Shown: in pieces, positions 56,512 to 64,000 of the stretch | Numbering within the stretch: position 1 is the first letter of the stretch | Layout of the letters: each line of letters begins with the position of its first letter | Source: Clostridia bacterium | Lineage (GTDB): Bacteria > Bacillota > Clostridia > UBA1212 | Assembly: GCA_045544575.1 (NCBI GenBank) | Contig: JAZPZG010000028.1 | Span: 20,565 to 84,564 of the forward strand | Reading direction: 5' to 3' | DNA length: 64,000 bases | Translations under genes and position numbers: made by a program | The notes under the pieces: model-generated | Told to the model about the DNA's origin: nothing | The model's database searches: none | What the model saw: the letters and a program-made list of their open reading frames with translations, nothing else

Positions 56512-57327
56512 ATGAAAAAAAACAACAGTTTGCAGTGCGGCTGTGTCCTCTTGGGCGGCCGCACTGTTCAATATAAAATCACATACACTTCTAAGAAAAA
56601 TATTATTTTGAGGGTCACGGGAATTGATGAACTTTCCGTAAGTATGCCTCCCCACCGCTTTTTTTCCTCCGCACTCGCTTTAGCAGACCGCGCGGAGACA
56701 GAAAAATTCATACTGAAAAACGAGGCGAAAGTATTAATTTTGCTTGAAAAGTACCGAGAAACAAAAATTCTGAACGATAAACCACGTGATTTAAAAAACG
56801 TGTACATTTTCGGCACTTCTTACGCCGTGAAAATTTTACTCTCGGAAACCGCTCCTTTTGAAACAAATACTTCCCCAAAAAACATAAAAGAGACTGTGGA
56901 AATCATTCACGGTGACAAGGAAATCACTATAAAGACCTCTCTCGGCGAAAATCAAGAGCACGTATCGGCGTTACTGAAAAAAGCTCTCAAAGAATATTTT
57001 TTGACCTTTTGTCAGAATCTGAATGATAAGTGCTCTCGAAAATTCAAAGCCGCAGGTCTTAACGTTCCCGTAGCCACAATTACCGTAAAGGACATGACGA
57101 GTCGTTGGGGAAGCTGCACAGCATCAAAAGGCAGAATATCGATAAATCTTCAATTGGTACATTTCCCGTATCAATGCTTAGAAAGCGTGTTTTACCACGA
57201 GTATTCACATTTTATAGAACAAAACCACTCTAAAAAATTTTATGATATTCTAGCTAAAATATATCCCAACTATAAGGAATGTGACGTAATCCTAAAGAAG
57301 AAAAAAGCTCTGTACAGTATGAATTGA
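56512..57327 (+). CDS. YgjP/DUF45-type M48-like zinc metallohydrolase
   Basis: C-terminal HEYSHFIEQNHSKKFY (HExxH...NH..F) and TSRWGSC motifs. The start is placed at MKKNNSLQ. Confidence 0.75.
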   Translation: MKKNNSLQCGCVLLGGRTVQYKITYTSKKNIILRVTGIDELSVSMPPHRFFSSALALADRAETEKFILKNEAKVLILLEKYRETKILNDKPRDLKNVYIFGTSYAVKILLSETAPFETNTSPKNIKETVEIIHGDKEITIKTSLGENQEHVSALLKKALKEYFLTFCQNLNDKCSRKFKAAGLNVPVATITVKDMTSRWGSCTASKGRISINLQLVHFPYQCLESVFYHEYSHFIEQNHSKKFYDILAKIYPNYKECDVILKKKKALYSMN

Positions 57328-57340
57328 AAAAGCGATACGG

Positions 57341-58708
57341 CTATCTGTCACCCATTGCAATATATTCACGCCTCGGATGTACAGCCATGTATGCGGGGCG
57401 TATAATTTTACCCGCATTAATAATCTCTTCAATTCTATGTGCACTCCAGCCAACAATTCTTGACGTTGCAAACAAAGGCGTATAAAGCTCTTCGGGAAGT
57501 CCCAGCATGCGATAAACAAAACCGCTGTAAAAGTCAATATTGGCACTTACCCCTTTATACATTTTGCGTTCTCCGGCAATTACCTTCGGAGCAAGTCTTT
57601 CTATCGTGGAGTAAAGCATATATTCTGCACCGAGCTTTTTTTCCTCAGACAAAGCTTTTACAAACGTTTTAAATAACTCTGCACGCGGGTCGGATAATGA
57701 ATAAATGGCATGACCCATTCCGTAAATTAATCCGGCTTTGTCAAAAACCTCCTTGTGCAAAATTTTCTGCAAATACGCCTCTACCTCGTCATCATCTGCC
57801 CAGTCCTTAACGTTCGCCTTTATGTCATCAAACATTCTTACAACCTTTATATTCGCGCCGCCGTGCTTAGGTCCTTTAAGAGAACCGAGCGCCGCAGCAA
57901 CCGCAGAATAAGTGTCGGTTCCCGAGGAAGAAACCACGTGTGTGGTAAAAGTTGAATTATTACCGCCGCCGTGTTCTGCATGAAGAATCAATGCAAGGTC
58001 AAGTATCTTGGCTTCAAGCGGGGTGTATTTACTGTCGAGTCTTAGCATATGTAAAATATTCTCTGACGTGGACAGCTCGGCAAGGGGCTCGTGTATAAAA
58101 AAGCTCTTACCGTTGCCTATATAATAATCGTATGCCTGAAAACCGTACACCGAAAGCATGGGAAATAACGCTATAAGCTGTAAACATTGACGAAGAACGT
58201 TCGGTATCGATATGTCATCGGGGTTATTGTCGTAGGCGTAAAGAGTAAGAACGCTTCGTGCCAAAGCATTCATCATATCAGAGCTCGGTGCCTTCATGAT
58301 AATATCTCTCACAAAAGAGTTTGGAAGTGAGCGATAATCTGCCAAAATTGCATTAAATTCAGACAGTTGAGACGCATCGGGCAAGCTTCCGAACAACAGC
58401 AAATATGAAATTTCCTCAAACCCGAACCGCTTATCCTTTATGCTCCCTTCAACCAAATCTTTTACGTCATAGCCACGATAAAACAATCTTCCGTGACAGG
58501 GAAGCTCCTCCCCGTCAACAACTTTTTTTGCTTCAATCTCCGAAATCTCGGTAAGACCCGTCAAAACTCCTTTTCCTTTAAGGTCTCGCAGGCCACGATT
58601 TACCTTGTACTTTTCGTACAAATCGGCGGTAATGTGACCGTCGCTCTCACAAACAGCCGCCAGTTTTGAAATTGCGGGTGTTATTTCTGAAAAATCTCTT
58701 TTTCCCAT
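57341..58708 (-). CDS. Citrate synthase
   Basis: 455 aa. LHAEHGGGNNSTFT, YGMGHAIY and SRIVGWSAH catalytic motifs. Confidence 0.9.
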   Translation of the reverse strand: MGKRDFSEITPAISKLAAVCESDGHITADLYEKYKVNRGLRDLKGKGVLTGLTEISEIEAKKVVDGEELPCHGRLFYRGYDVKDLVEGSIKDKRFGFEEISYLLLFGSLPDASQLSEFNAILADYRSLPNSFVRDIIMKAPSSDMMNALARSVLTLYAYDNNPDDISIPNVLRQCLQLIALFPMLSVYGFQAYDYYIGNGKSFFIHEPLAELSTSENILHMLRLDSKYTPLEAKILDLALILHAEHGGGNNSTFTTHVVSSSGTDTYSAVAAALGSLKGPKHGGANIKVVRMFDDIKANVKDWADDDEVEAYLQKILHKEVFDKAGLIYGMGHAIYSLSDPRAELFKTFVKALSEEKKLGAEYMLYSTIERLAPKVIAGERKMYKGVSANIDFYSGFVYRMLGLPEELYTPLFATSRIVGWSAHRIEEIINAGKIIRPAYMAVHPRREYIAMGDR

Positions 58709-58750
58709 TTTGGTCTGCCTCCTTACTTTTTCTTTAGATAGCGCTTAAAT

Positions 58751-60526
58751 TTACCAATTTACCTCTGAAAATACAAATTCTCCGCTTTGAGTTAACTCAT
58801 AAGTGCAAAGTTTTTCGTCCTTAAAAACATAGTCATACTCTCCTAAAGCAAGAGCTTCCTCCCAATCGTCCTCATACACGACGTTTATCGGTGATGCATT
58901 GTAATTGGCAATAAGCATGTCCTTGTTTTCGTAGTTTTCATCGGGTATAAATAAAATCCTGTCCTCTGACGAAAGCTTTCCCTCGCGGTAATACTGTCCT
59001 ACTATCTCGCTGCTTTTATATTCTTCTCTAAAAGAAACCGACGTTTCCGCAGAATACGGATAAAAAACAAAGAAAAATACAACAACGCCTGCCGCTGCCA
59101 CCGCAGAAACAGCCGTTAAAGCCGTTATAGCTTTTATATTTCTCAGGCTCTTTAAAAAATCCGTCAGGGCTGTTGAAACAAAGCCCGTTACAAGCACTAA
59201 AAGCCAAAACGTCACATATGTCCCGAAGTACCTCTCAAACGAAGCAACCCTTACTGCCTCATAAGCTGAAAAGGAGGTCCAATAGCTTGCAAGCACACCA
59301 AATGCATATAATACAAAGCCTGCACATACTTCTGCAAAAGCGATTACACTTCTTAAGAAATATACACGCTCACGCGTTTTCTTTATATATATTATCAAAG
59401 CAACCGACAATACTATTAAAATAATAATCACTGCAATCAAGGGAATTCCCACTGACATTCTCGGCTCCAGGAACGCCTTCCCGAAAGAAAACAACGTCTC
59501 CTTTTGAACATCATTCAGACCTTCGCGAAATATTACGCCCAATCGCCCGAAAAGTCCCGTATCAATGGATTTACTTCCGCCTATCTCCCCCAAAAGCTCA
59601 GCCGCCGACCAAAACCCTTTAGCACAGGCAACAGCAATCAGAGAAAAAGCGACACCCTTAATTAATTTTCCAAACTGCACTTTCTTTATCAAGGCATCAA
59701 CGCCGCACAGTACAATAGCAAAAATCGCCAACGTAATCCCTGCTTCTTTTGTAAGAGTAAGTGCGGTCACGACAAAATGTAAAAACAAAAGACTTCCGCT
59801 TGCAAAATACGAAACTACAGCATACGCAGTCATCAGTCCCAACAGGGTATCGACAGAAATAATCGTAAAAGCAGAGAGCTTAAAGCAAAGCACCGAAACA
59901 ATCAGCGCGGCAGCCATTCCCGGCAGGAAGCGGTATTGTAAAGAAGTGCCTTTTTCTTTTAGTTTTTCAGTAAAAATTGCAACTATAGGCATCAAGCACG
60001 CCCAAAGCATCAAATCCATACCCACAAAGGTCGCCGCTTCACTGAAGCTTCCGCAAAAAGCAGAACATATATAGCACACTACAGTCGCAAAGGGCGGATA
60101 GTGCTTAAACAGGTCATTAGAAACAGAGGATGCATAAAACTCACCCGTCTCAAACATATTTTTCACGGCAAGACCCCAGTGAGAAAATTCATCATTGAGA
60201 TAATACACACGGCCTGAATTAATCAATATAAAAAACAACGTCATCACGGCATACACCGCAATATCACTGTTAATCAAAAGCTTAACGGTATCTCTGCCAC
60301 GCCTTTTTACGTAAACAAAAGAAACCGCCGGCCCTGCCACCGCCAAGGCAACGCTTGACCACAGTGCCCCCTGCAGTAACCCCGAAGCACAAAAAACACT
60401 TCCGACAGTTCCCACAAGCGCAATCGCAGGAAAAAACGTATATCCGATGCGCCTGCCGCTGATAACAGCAAGTCCCGCCGCTATCGCGGCAATAACAAAA
60501 GCAAATATGACACAACCGAGAACCAC
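58751..60526 (-). CDS. Large polytopic membrane protein with small C-terminal extracytoplasmic domain (unknown; possibly GT-C-like)
   Basis: About 590 aa with more than 12 TM helices. The start is placed at the GTG at 60526, 7 nt after GGAGG; the track extends to 60574. Confidence 0.45.
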   Translation of the reverse strand: MVLGCVIFAFVIAAIAAGLAVISGRRIGYTFFPAIALVGTVGSVFCASGLLQGALWSSVALAVAGPAVSFVYVKRRGRDTVKLLINSDIAVYAVMTLFFILINSGRVYYLNDEFSHWGLAVKNMFETGEFYASSVSNDLFKHYPPFATVVCYICSAFCGSFSEAATFVGMDLMLWACLMPIVAIFTEKLKEKGTSLQYRFLPGMAAALIVSVLCFKLSAFTIISVDTLLGLMTAYAVVSYFASGSLLFLHFVVTALTLTKEAGITLAIFAIVLCGVDALIKKVQFGKLIKGVAFSLIAVACAKGFWSAAELLGEIGGSKSIDTGLFGRLGVIFREGLNDVQKETLFSFGKAFLEPRMSVGIPLIAVIIILIVLSVALIIYIKKTRERVYFLRSVIAFAEVCAGFVLYAFGVLASYWTSFSAYEAVRVASFERYFGTYVTFWLLVLVTGFVSTALTDFLKSLRNIKAITALTAVSAVAAAGVVVFFFVFYPYSAETSVSFREEYKSSEIVGQYYREGKLSSEDRILFIPDENYENKDMLIANYNASPINVVYEDDWEEALALGEYDYVFKDEKLCTYELTQSGEFVFSEVNW

Positions 60527-60631
60527 AAGCGCACCTCCTCTGAAATTCGTAGTTTTTATTTTAAAGCAAACCACCCTTAGCTGTCAAATATTTTGGGAAA
60601 TAATTCTGTAAATATTTTATTAAGGTTTTAT

Positions 60632-60660
60632 TTGACAGCGCCAAAACTTATTGGTATAAT
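60632..60660 (+). promoter_or_regulatory. Consensus sigma-A promoter for tRNA-Leu (TTGACA-17-TATAAT with TGn extension)
   Basis: TTGACA at 60632-60637 and TATAAT at 60655-60660, preceded by TGG. The tRNA starts 14 nt downstream. Confidence 0.65.
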
Positions 60661-60673
60661 ATGCTTTGTCAGC

Positions 60674-60760
60674 GCCGCTGTGGTGGAATAGGCAGACACA
60701 AGGGACTTAAAATCCCTCGGGGGCAACTCCGTACCGGTTCAAGTCCGGTCAGCGGCACCA
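60674..60760 (+). tRNA. tRNA-Leu (anticodon UAA), CCA encoded
   Basis: Acceptor GCCGCTG pairs with CAGCGGC. Anticodon stem-loop is AGGGA-CTTAAAA-TCCCT. Long variable arm. T-arm is CCGGTTCAAGTCCGG. 87 nt in total. Confidence 0.9.
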
Positions 60761-60768
60761 TAACATTC

Positions 60769-60815
60769 AAACCCGAACGTTTTACATATCCGTGAACCGT
60801 TCGGGTTTGTTTTTT
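60769..60815 (+). terminator. Intrinsic terminator after tRNA-Leu
   Basis: AAACCCGAACG (60769-60779) pairs with CGTTCGGGTTT (60798-60808), followed by GTTTTTT. Confidence 0.7.
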
Positions 60816-60889
60816 ATATTAATTAATAAATTTTTATTATTACAAGGTAAAATTAACCGACAATTATGTTTGTTTCATATAACTTACAA

Positions 60890-60922
60890 GGCGGACAACT
60901 TTCACATGCGAAGTTGCCCGCC
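60890..60922. terminator. Hairpin downstream of the zinc-ribbon gene cluster
   Basis: GGCGGACAACTT (60890-60901) pairs with AAGTTGCCCGCC (60911-60922) with one mismatch. U-runs are weak. Confidence 0.35.
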
Positions 60923-60962
60923 TTTAGCCTTTTAACAAGAATAAAAGTTTAAGTATTATTTA

Positions 60963-61700
60963 TCACTCGAAACTAAACAAGCGCCACTCGCCGTCTTCTT
61001 TGGCAAGATGGTATTCCTTGATAACCGTGTAGGTATCATTTCCGTCCTTTGCGGTAAGCTCTACCTTAACGACCTTCATTTTGTCGATATCAATGAAATC
61101 CTCGTCCTCTTCTCCGTATACCGAGCCGTAAACATCTTCAATAAGATCTTCAATCTTGCGTTCGGGAACGTTCTGAACCTTTATGATTTCGTAGTTTAAC
61201 TTGTAGTCGTAGCCAAGCTCGTCATCAAACATATCAAGAGTAGACTTAATTTCGCTTTCTACCGCAAACTCAAAAAATTCTGATAAAAGCTTGTCATCGT
61301 ATATAGAGCTTGCCATATCCATTACAATACTTTCATCGGCCTTCTTGTAAGCCTTCATAATCTTACGAACAGCACCCTTATAGCCTGTAAAGGAAGAAAC
61401 AATATTAACAATAATAATAAGAACTATCAAAGCAACAACGGCAATACCGCCAAGCTTTACGTATTTCTTTATCTTATCGTTTCCCTCGGTAGAAGTTGCA
61501 ACCGGAGTTGCAGGAGCTACAGGAACTACGGGAGCCTCGGGAGCTACAGGAGCCTCAGTTGCTACGGGAGCCTCTGGAGCTACAGGAGTCTCGGAAGCTG
61601 CCTCCGCAGCTGCAACGCCTTCAACAGGGGTACCGCAATTTCCGCAAACCTTCATAGTATCGTCTAATTGATTTCCGCAATTTCCGCAAAACTTTGCCAT
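60963..61700 (-). CDS. Zinc-ribbon / Ala-Pro-repeat linker / single-TM / extracytoplasmic-domain protein
   Basis: N-terminus FCGNCGNQLDDTMKVCGNCGTPV, then repeats of EAPVA/PEAPV, TM helix LGGIAVVALIVLIIIVNIV, and a ~130-aa C-terminal domain. Confidence 0.6.
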   Translation of the reverse strand: MAKFCGNCGNQLDDTMKVCGNCGTPVEGVAAAEAASETPVAPEAPVATEAPVAPEAPVVPVAPATPVATSTEGNDKIKKYVKLGGIAVVALIVLIIIVNIVSSFTGYKGAVRKIMKAYKKADESIVMDMASSIYDDKLLSEFFEFAVESEIKSTLDMFDDELGYDYKLNYEIIKVQNVPERKIEDLIEDVYGSVYGEEDEDFIDIDKMKVVKVELTAKDGNDTYTVIKEYHLAKEDGEWRLFSFE

Positions 61701-61718
61701 ACTAAAACCGCCCCTCTG

Positions 61719-62135
61719 TTAGTCCATGTACTTGTTGATAAAATTGTCAATAACAGGTACGTTAACCGTTCCCTGATTAAGAGCCTTGAATCCTAAGAAA
61801 AGGAACAAAAGCTTCTCAGCAAAGTTCAGTGCAACGTTGATAAAGGAAACGAGGTTTGAAATAAAGCTGATATAGAAGTGACCGTCAAAAATACTTACGA
61901 GGCTGTCGATAACGCCGATCGCTCCGGGGATAAGACCTACGAGAGCAGAAATGAGCCAGAAAGCAACCATCAATGTGATAACCTTAACGGCAGTCTTCTT
62001 AAGCCAGCTGTTCTCTTCTGCGATAAGAATATATCCTGCGATGAGAACGGGGATAGTATATCCGCCGAAGATAGCTGAGAAACAAAGCAACGCAGCCAAA
62101 AGACCTACTGAAACACCTAATTTACTTTTCTGCAT
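61719..62135 (-). CDS. Small 4-TM membrane protein, unknown function
   Basis: 138 aa, hydrophobic throughout. Sits between the two zinc-ribbon genes with 18- and 46-nt gaps. Confidence 0.5.
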   Translation of the reverse strand: MQKSKLGVSVGLLAALLCFSAIFGGYTIPVLIAGYILIAEENSWLKKTAVKVITLMVAFWLISALVGLIPGAIGVIDSLVSIFDGHFYISFISNLVSFINVALNFAEKLLFLFLGFKALNQGTVNVPVIDNFINKYMD

Positions 62136-62181
62136 AATAAAACCCTTCTTTCAAAAAATTCAAAATATCTACTATGTATAA

Positions 62182-62694
62182 TTACTCTGACATGCGCTTA
62201 CCGCACGATGTACAGAACTTCATAGTCTTTGCAACCTTCTGTCCGCACTCGGGACAGAAAACAAATTCCTCTGCAGCGGCAGGTTCAGCCTCTGCTGCAG
62301 GAGCAGTTTCTTTAACAGGAGCCGCAACAGGAGCTGTCTCCTTGGCAACGGGTGCTCCGCACGCTTTACAGAAAGCAGATGAAGTTTCTACCTCTGCGCC
62401 GCACTTCTCACATTTGACAACACCCTTGATGTCCTGAATCTGCTTGCGATACTCAGCGATTTTTTGATTCGCTTCCTTGATTCCCTTAACCGCCTCTGCA
62501 AATGCGGACTCACAGTCCTCTGCATGCAAAGAAACGTACAGCTTACCGATTTCACTGTAAAAATTGTTTATTTTTTTCTCCTCGTCCGAAATAGAGGAAT
62601 TAAGCTTGGCAACGTCGGTAAAGTCCTTAGTTTTCTGTACGGCACTTTGACCTGCCTGTGACAACTTCTTTCCTAAATCTTCAAAAAAAGCCAT
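62182..62694 (-). CDS. Double zinc-ribbon protein with N-terminal helical domain
   Basis: 170 aa. AGGAGG RBS. KCEKCGAEVETSSAFCKACGAPV and FCPECGQKVAKTMKFCTSCGKRM are separated by an Ala/Pro/Glu linker. Confidence 0.6.
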   Translation of the reverse strand: MAFFEDLGKKLSQAGQSAVQKTKDFTDVAKLNSSISDEEKKINNFYSEIGKLYVSLHAEDCESAFAEAVKGIKEANQKIAEYRKQIQDIKGVVKCEKCGAEVETSSAFCKACGAPVAKETAPVAAPVKETAPAAEAEPAAAEEFVFCPECGQKVAKTMKFCTSCGKRMSE

Positions 62695-62864
62695 TGGGTT
62701 CTCCTCCTAACCAAGTATGTATATTTCATAATTATTTGACAACTCTGTAATAATTCCTCATTGCCGACAAAATTATATCGTATTTTCCCCTTTCAGTCAA
62801 TGACATTTTGCTGTCAACACTTGACAAATACGCATATTTATGTTAGTTTATCCCTGTAAACTTA

Positions 62865-63157
62865 ATAAGGTATCGAAAGGCATTGACGGAGAGAGTAGCC
62901 GCTGACGAAAGGCACAGCGAGCGGGAGACAGTGTGAGACCCGTGCGAGTATGACAGCGAGACGAAAATCACTCCCGAGCCGCAAACGCAAAAGCATATTA
63001 TGATTTCTATTATGATATCCGCAAGTAGCGTACGCCGGAATCCCGCCGTAAAAGGGACTCATGTGTTGGCATGCAGCAAGGGTGGTACAGCGAATTTCAC
63101 GGATTTTCGTCCCGAGCGCAAGCGTTAGTTGTCGCAGGTGATGAAGGTCTTTTTTTG
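62865..63157 (+). promoter_or_regulatory. T-box riboswitch leader, Ile-specific, controlling ileS
   Basis: Stem I element GGAGAGAGTAG (62888-62898). Specifier GAAA-AUC-A with ATC at 62967-62969. T-box core AAGGGTGGTACAGCG at 63078-63092. U-run at 63149-63157. I could not draw the terminator helix confidently. Confidence 0.8.
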
Positions 63158-63201
63158 TTACGTTAATATGTTTTATTATTATTTTAAGGAAGGTATGAAT
63201 T

Positions 63202-64000
63202 ATGTACAAGAAGGTTTCTACTGAATTGAGCTTCGTACAGCGCGAAAAGGCTATCGAAGAATTTTGGAAGAAAAACAATATCTTTGAGAAAAGTATTTCC
63301 CAAAGAGAAGGTCAGCCGGTATTTACATTTTATGACGGACCTCCGACGGCTAACGGAAAGCCGCATATCGGACACGTGCTTACGAGAGTTATCAAGGATA
63401 TGATTCCTCGTTATCAAACCATGAAGGGACATAAAATTCTCCGTAAAGCCGGTTGGGATACACACGGACTTCCGGTAGAGCTGGAAGTTGAAAAGCTTTT
63501 GGGTCTTGACGGCAAGGAGCAAATCGAAGAATACGGACTCGAGCCCTTTATCGCCAAATGTAAAGAAAGTGTTTGGAAATACAAGGGAATGTGGGAAGAT
63601 TTTTCTTCAACGGTAGGCTTTTGGGCGGATATGGATGATCCGTATGTTACGTATCACGATTCTTTTATTGAGTCCGAATGGTGGGCTTTAAAGCAAATCT
63701 GGGACAAAGGTCTTCTCTATAAAGGCTACAAAATCGTTCCCTATTGTCCCCGTTGCGGTACACCTCTTTCATCACATGAGGTTGCTCAGGGCTATAAGGA
63801 CGTAAAAGAGACCTCCGTTATTGCCCGCTTTAAGGTAAAAGGTGAAGATGCATATATTTTGGCATGGACAACCACCCCCTGGACGCTTCCCTCTAACGTC
63901 GCTCTTTGTGTAAATCCCGCAGAGACTTACGTTAAAGTAAAGAAAGACGACACGGTTTACTATATGGCAGAGGCCCTCGTTTCTACAGTTTTGGGCGAGG
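63202..64000 (+). CDS. ileS: Isoleucyl-tRNA synthetase, type 2 (eukaryote-like) form, N-terminal fragment (continues right of the window)
   Basis: ATG at 63202 after AAGGAAGG. Translation [22 protein letters not shown]...[20 protein letters not shown]...GWDTHGLP...[11 protein letters not shown]. Open to the window end, so it is absent from the ORF track. Confidence 0.95.
   Translation, partial: MYKKVSTELSFVQREKAIEEFWKKNNIFEKSISQREGQPVFTFYDGPPTANGKPHIGHVLTRVIKDMIPRYQTMKGHKILRKAGWDTHGLPVELEVEKLLGLDGKEQIEEYGLEPFIAKCKESVWKYKGMWEDFSSTVGFWADMDDPYVTYHDSFIESEWWALKQIWDKGLLYKGYKIVPYCPRCGTPLSSHEVAQGYKDVKETSVIARFKVKGEDAYILAWTTTPWTLPSNVALCVNPAETYVKVKKDDTVYYMAEALVSTVLGE

Noticed and set aside
60579-60641. 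Inverted repeat GCTGTCAAAT ... ATTTGACAGC flanking the tRNA-Leu promoter region
   Set aside because: The right arm is simply the consensus -35 (TTGACA) context, and the left arm may be a divergent promoter-like sequence for the membrane-protein gene. There is no evidence for a distinct element.
60575-60962. tRNA-Leu as a possible integration site for a mobile element
   Set aside because: There is no integrase or recombinase, no direct repeat of the tRNA 3' end that I could see, and no phage or plasmid genes on either side.
62960-63111. 10-nt perfect complementarity between the specifier region (GACGAAAATC, 62960-62969) and GATTTTCGTC (63102-63111) downstream of the T-box core
   Set aside because: Such a match in a 300-nt leader could arise by chance at the few-percent level, and I have no structural model that needs it. 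It requires proper RNA folding and covariation before it can be taken seriously.
62862-63522. Two minus-strand ORFs (138 and 112 aa)
   Set aside because: They overlap the T-box leader and the 5' end of ileS, both of which have much stronger support on the plus strand.
1-64000. Scan of the whole window for CRISPR arrays, IS elements, transposases, prophage or defence-island signatures
   Set aside because: None was seen. Gene content is housekeeping, sporulation and envelope functions, with conserved syntenies (gatAB, holB-yaaT, oppABCDF).

Overview
The window reads as a core chromosomal segment of a spore-forming anaerobic Bacillota (Clostridia-like) genome. Sporulation markers present are spoIIE, a gerA-type germinant receptor operon and yaaT/ricT. 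I support about 55 protein genes, one tRNA-Leu(UAA) and one Ile-specific T-box leader. I found no rRNA, CRISPR array, IS element, integrase or prophage. All calls come from reading the ORF translations and the DNA by eye; no HMM or BLAST search was possible, and family names such as DUF6382, DUF3899 and DUF1980 are from memory. Gene content from left to right: gatA(partial)-gatB and murC. Then an orphan mreB paralogue and a compact Tad-like pilus operon (cpaF-tadB-tadC-flp-like-FHA protein). Then an XRE regulator, a large cell-wall amidase, and yaaT-holB-malic enzyme. Then a Hanks-type kinase with two unknown proteins downstream. Then the methyl-cycle genes metF-metH, the ger operon, an mtnN-apt fusion and luxS. 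Then an opp operon with very large insertions, purC, lepB, and a glycopolymer cluster (GT4, capE-like, licD, two tandem polytopic paralogues, HADs). metG lies inside that cluster. Then two COG0523-type GTPases, spoIIE, citrate synthase, tRNA-Leu, a zinc-ribbon gene triad, and T-box-ileS(partial). Most of this is ordinary housekeeping. The best lead for something undescribed has three parts. (1) The minimal Tad-like operon is preceded by three TCGAA boxes spaced exactly 10 bp apart, the same layout as the boxes upstream of spoIIE in this window, which suggests Spo0A control. (2) That operon ends in a protein that looks like a dead kinase core fused to an FHA domain. (3) A nearby active-looking Ser/Thr kinase is fused to what looks like a P-loop-less ParA/MinD (CpaE/TadZ-like) domain, and CpaE/TadZ is the component missing from the Tad operon. 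Secondary leads are the MtnN-APRT fusion inside a methyl-cycle supercluster, Mollicutes-style giant insertions in the Opp ATPases, and the COG0523 pair with an exactly duplicated His/Cys module. All functional links are inference and need HMM, structure and comparative-genomics checks.
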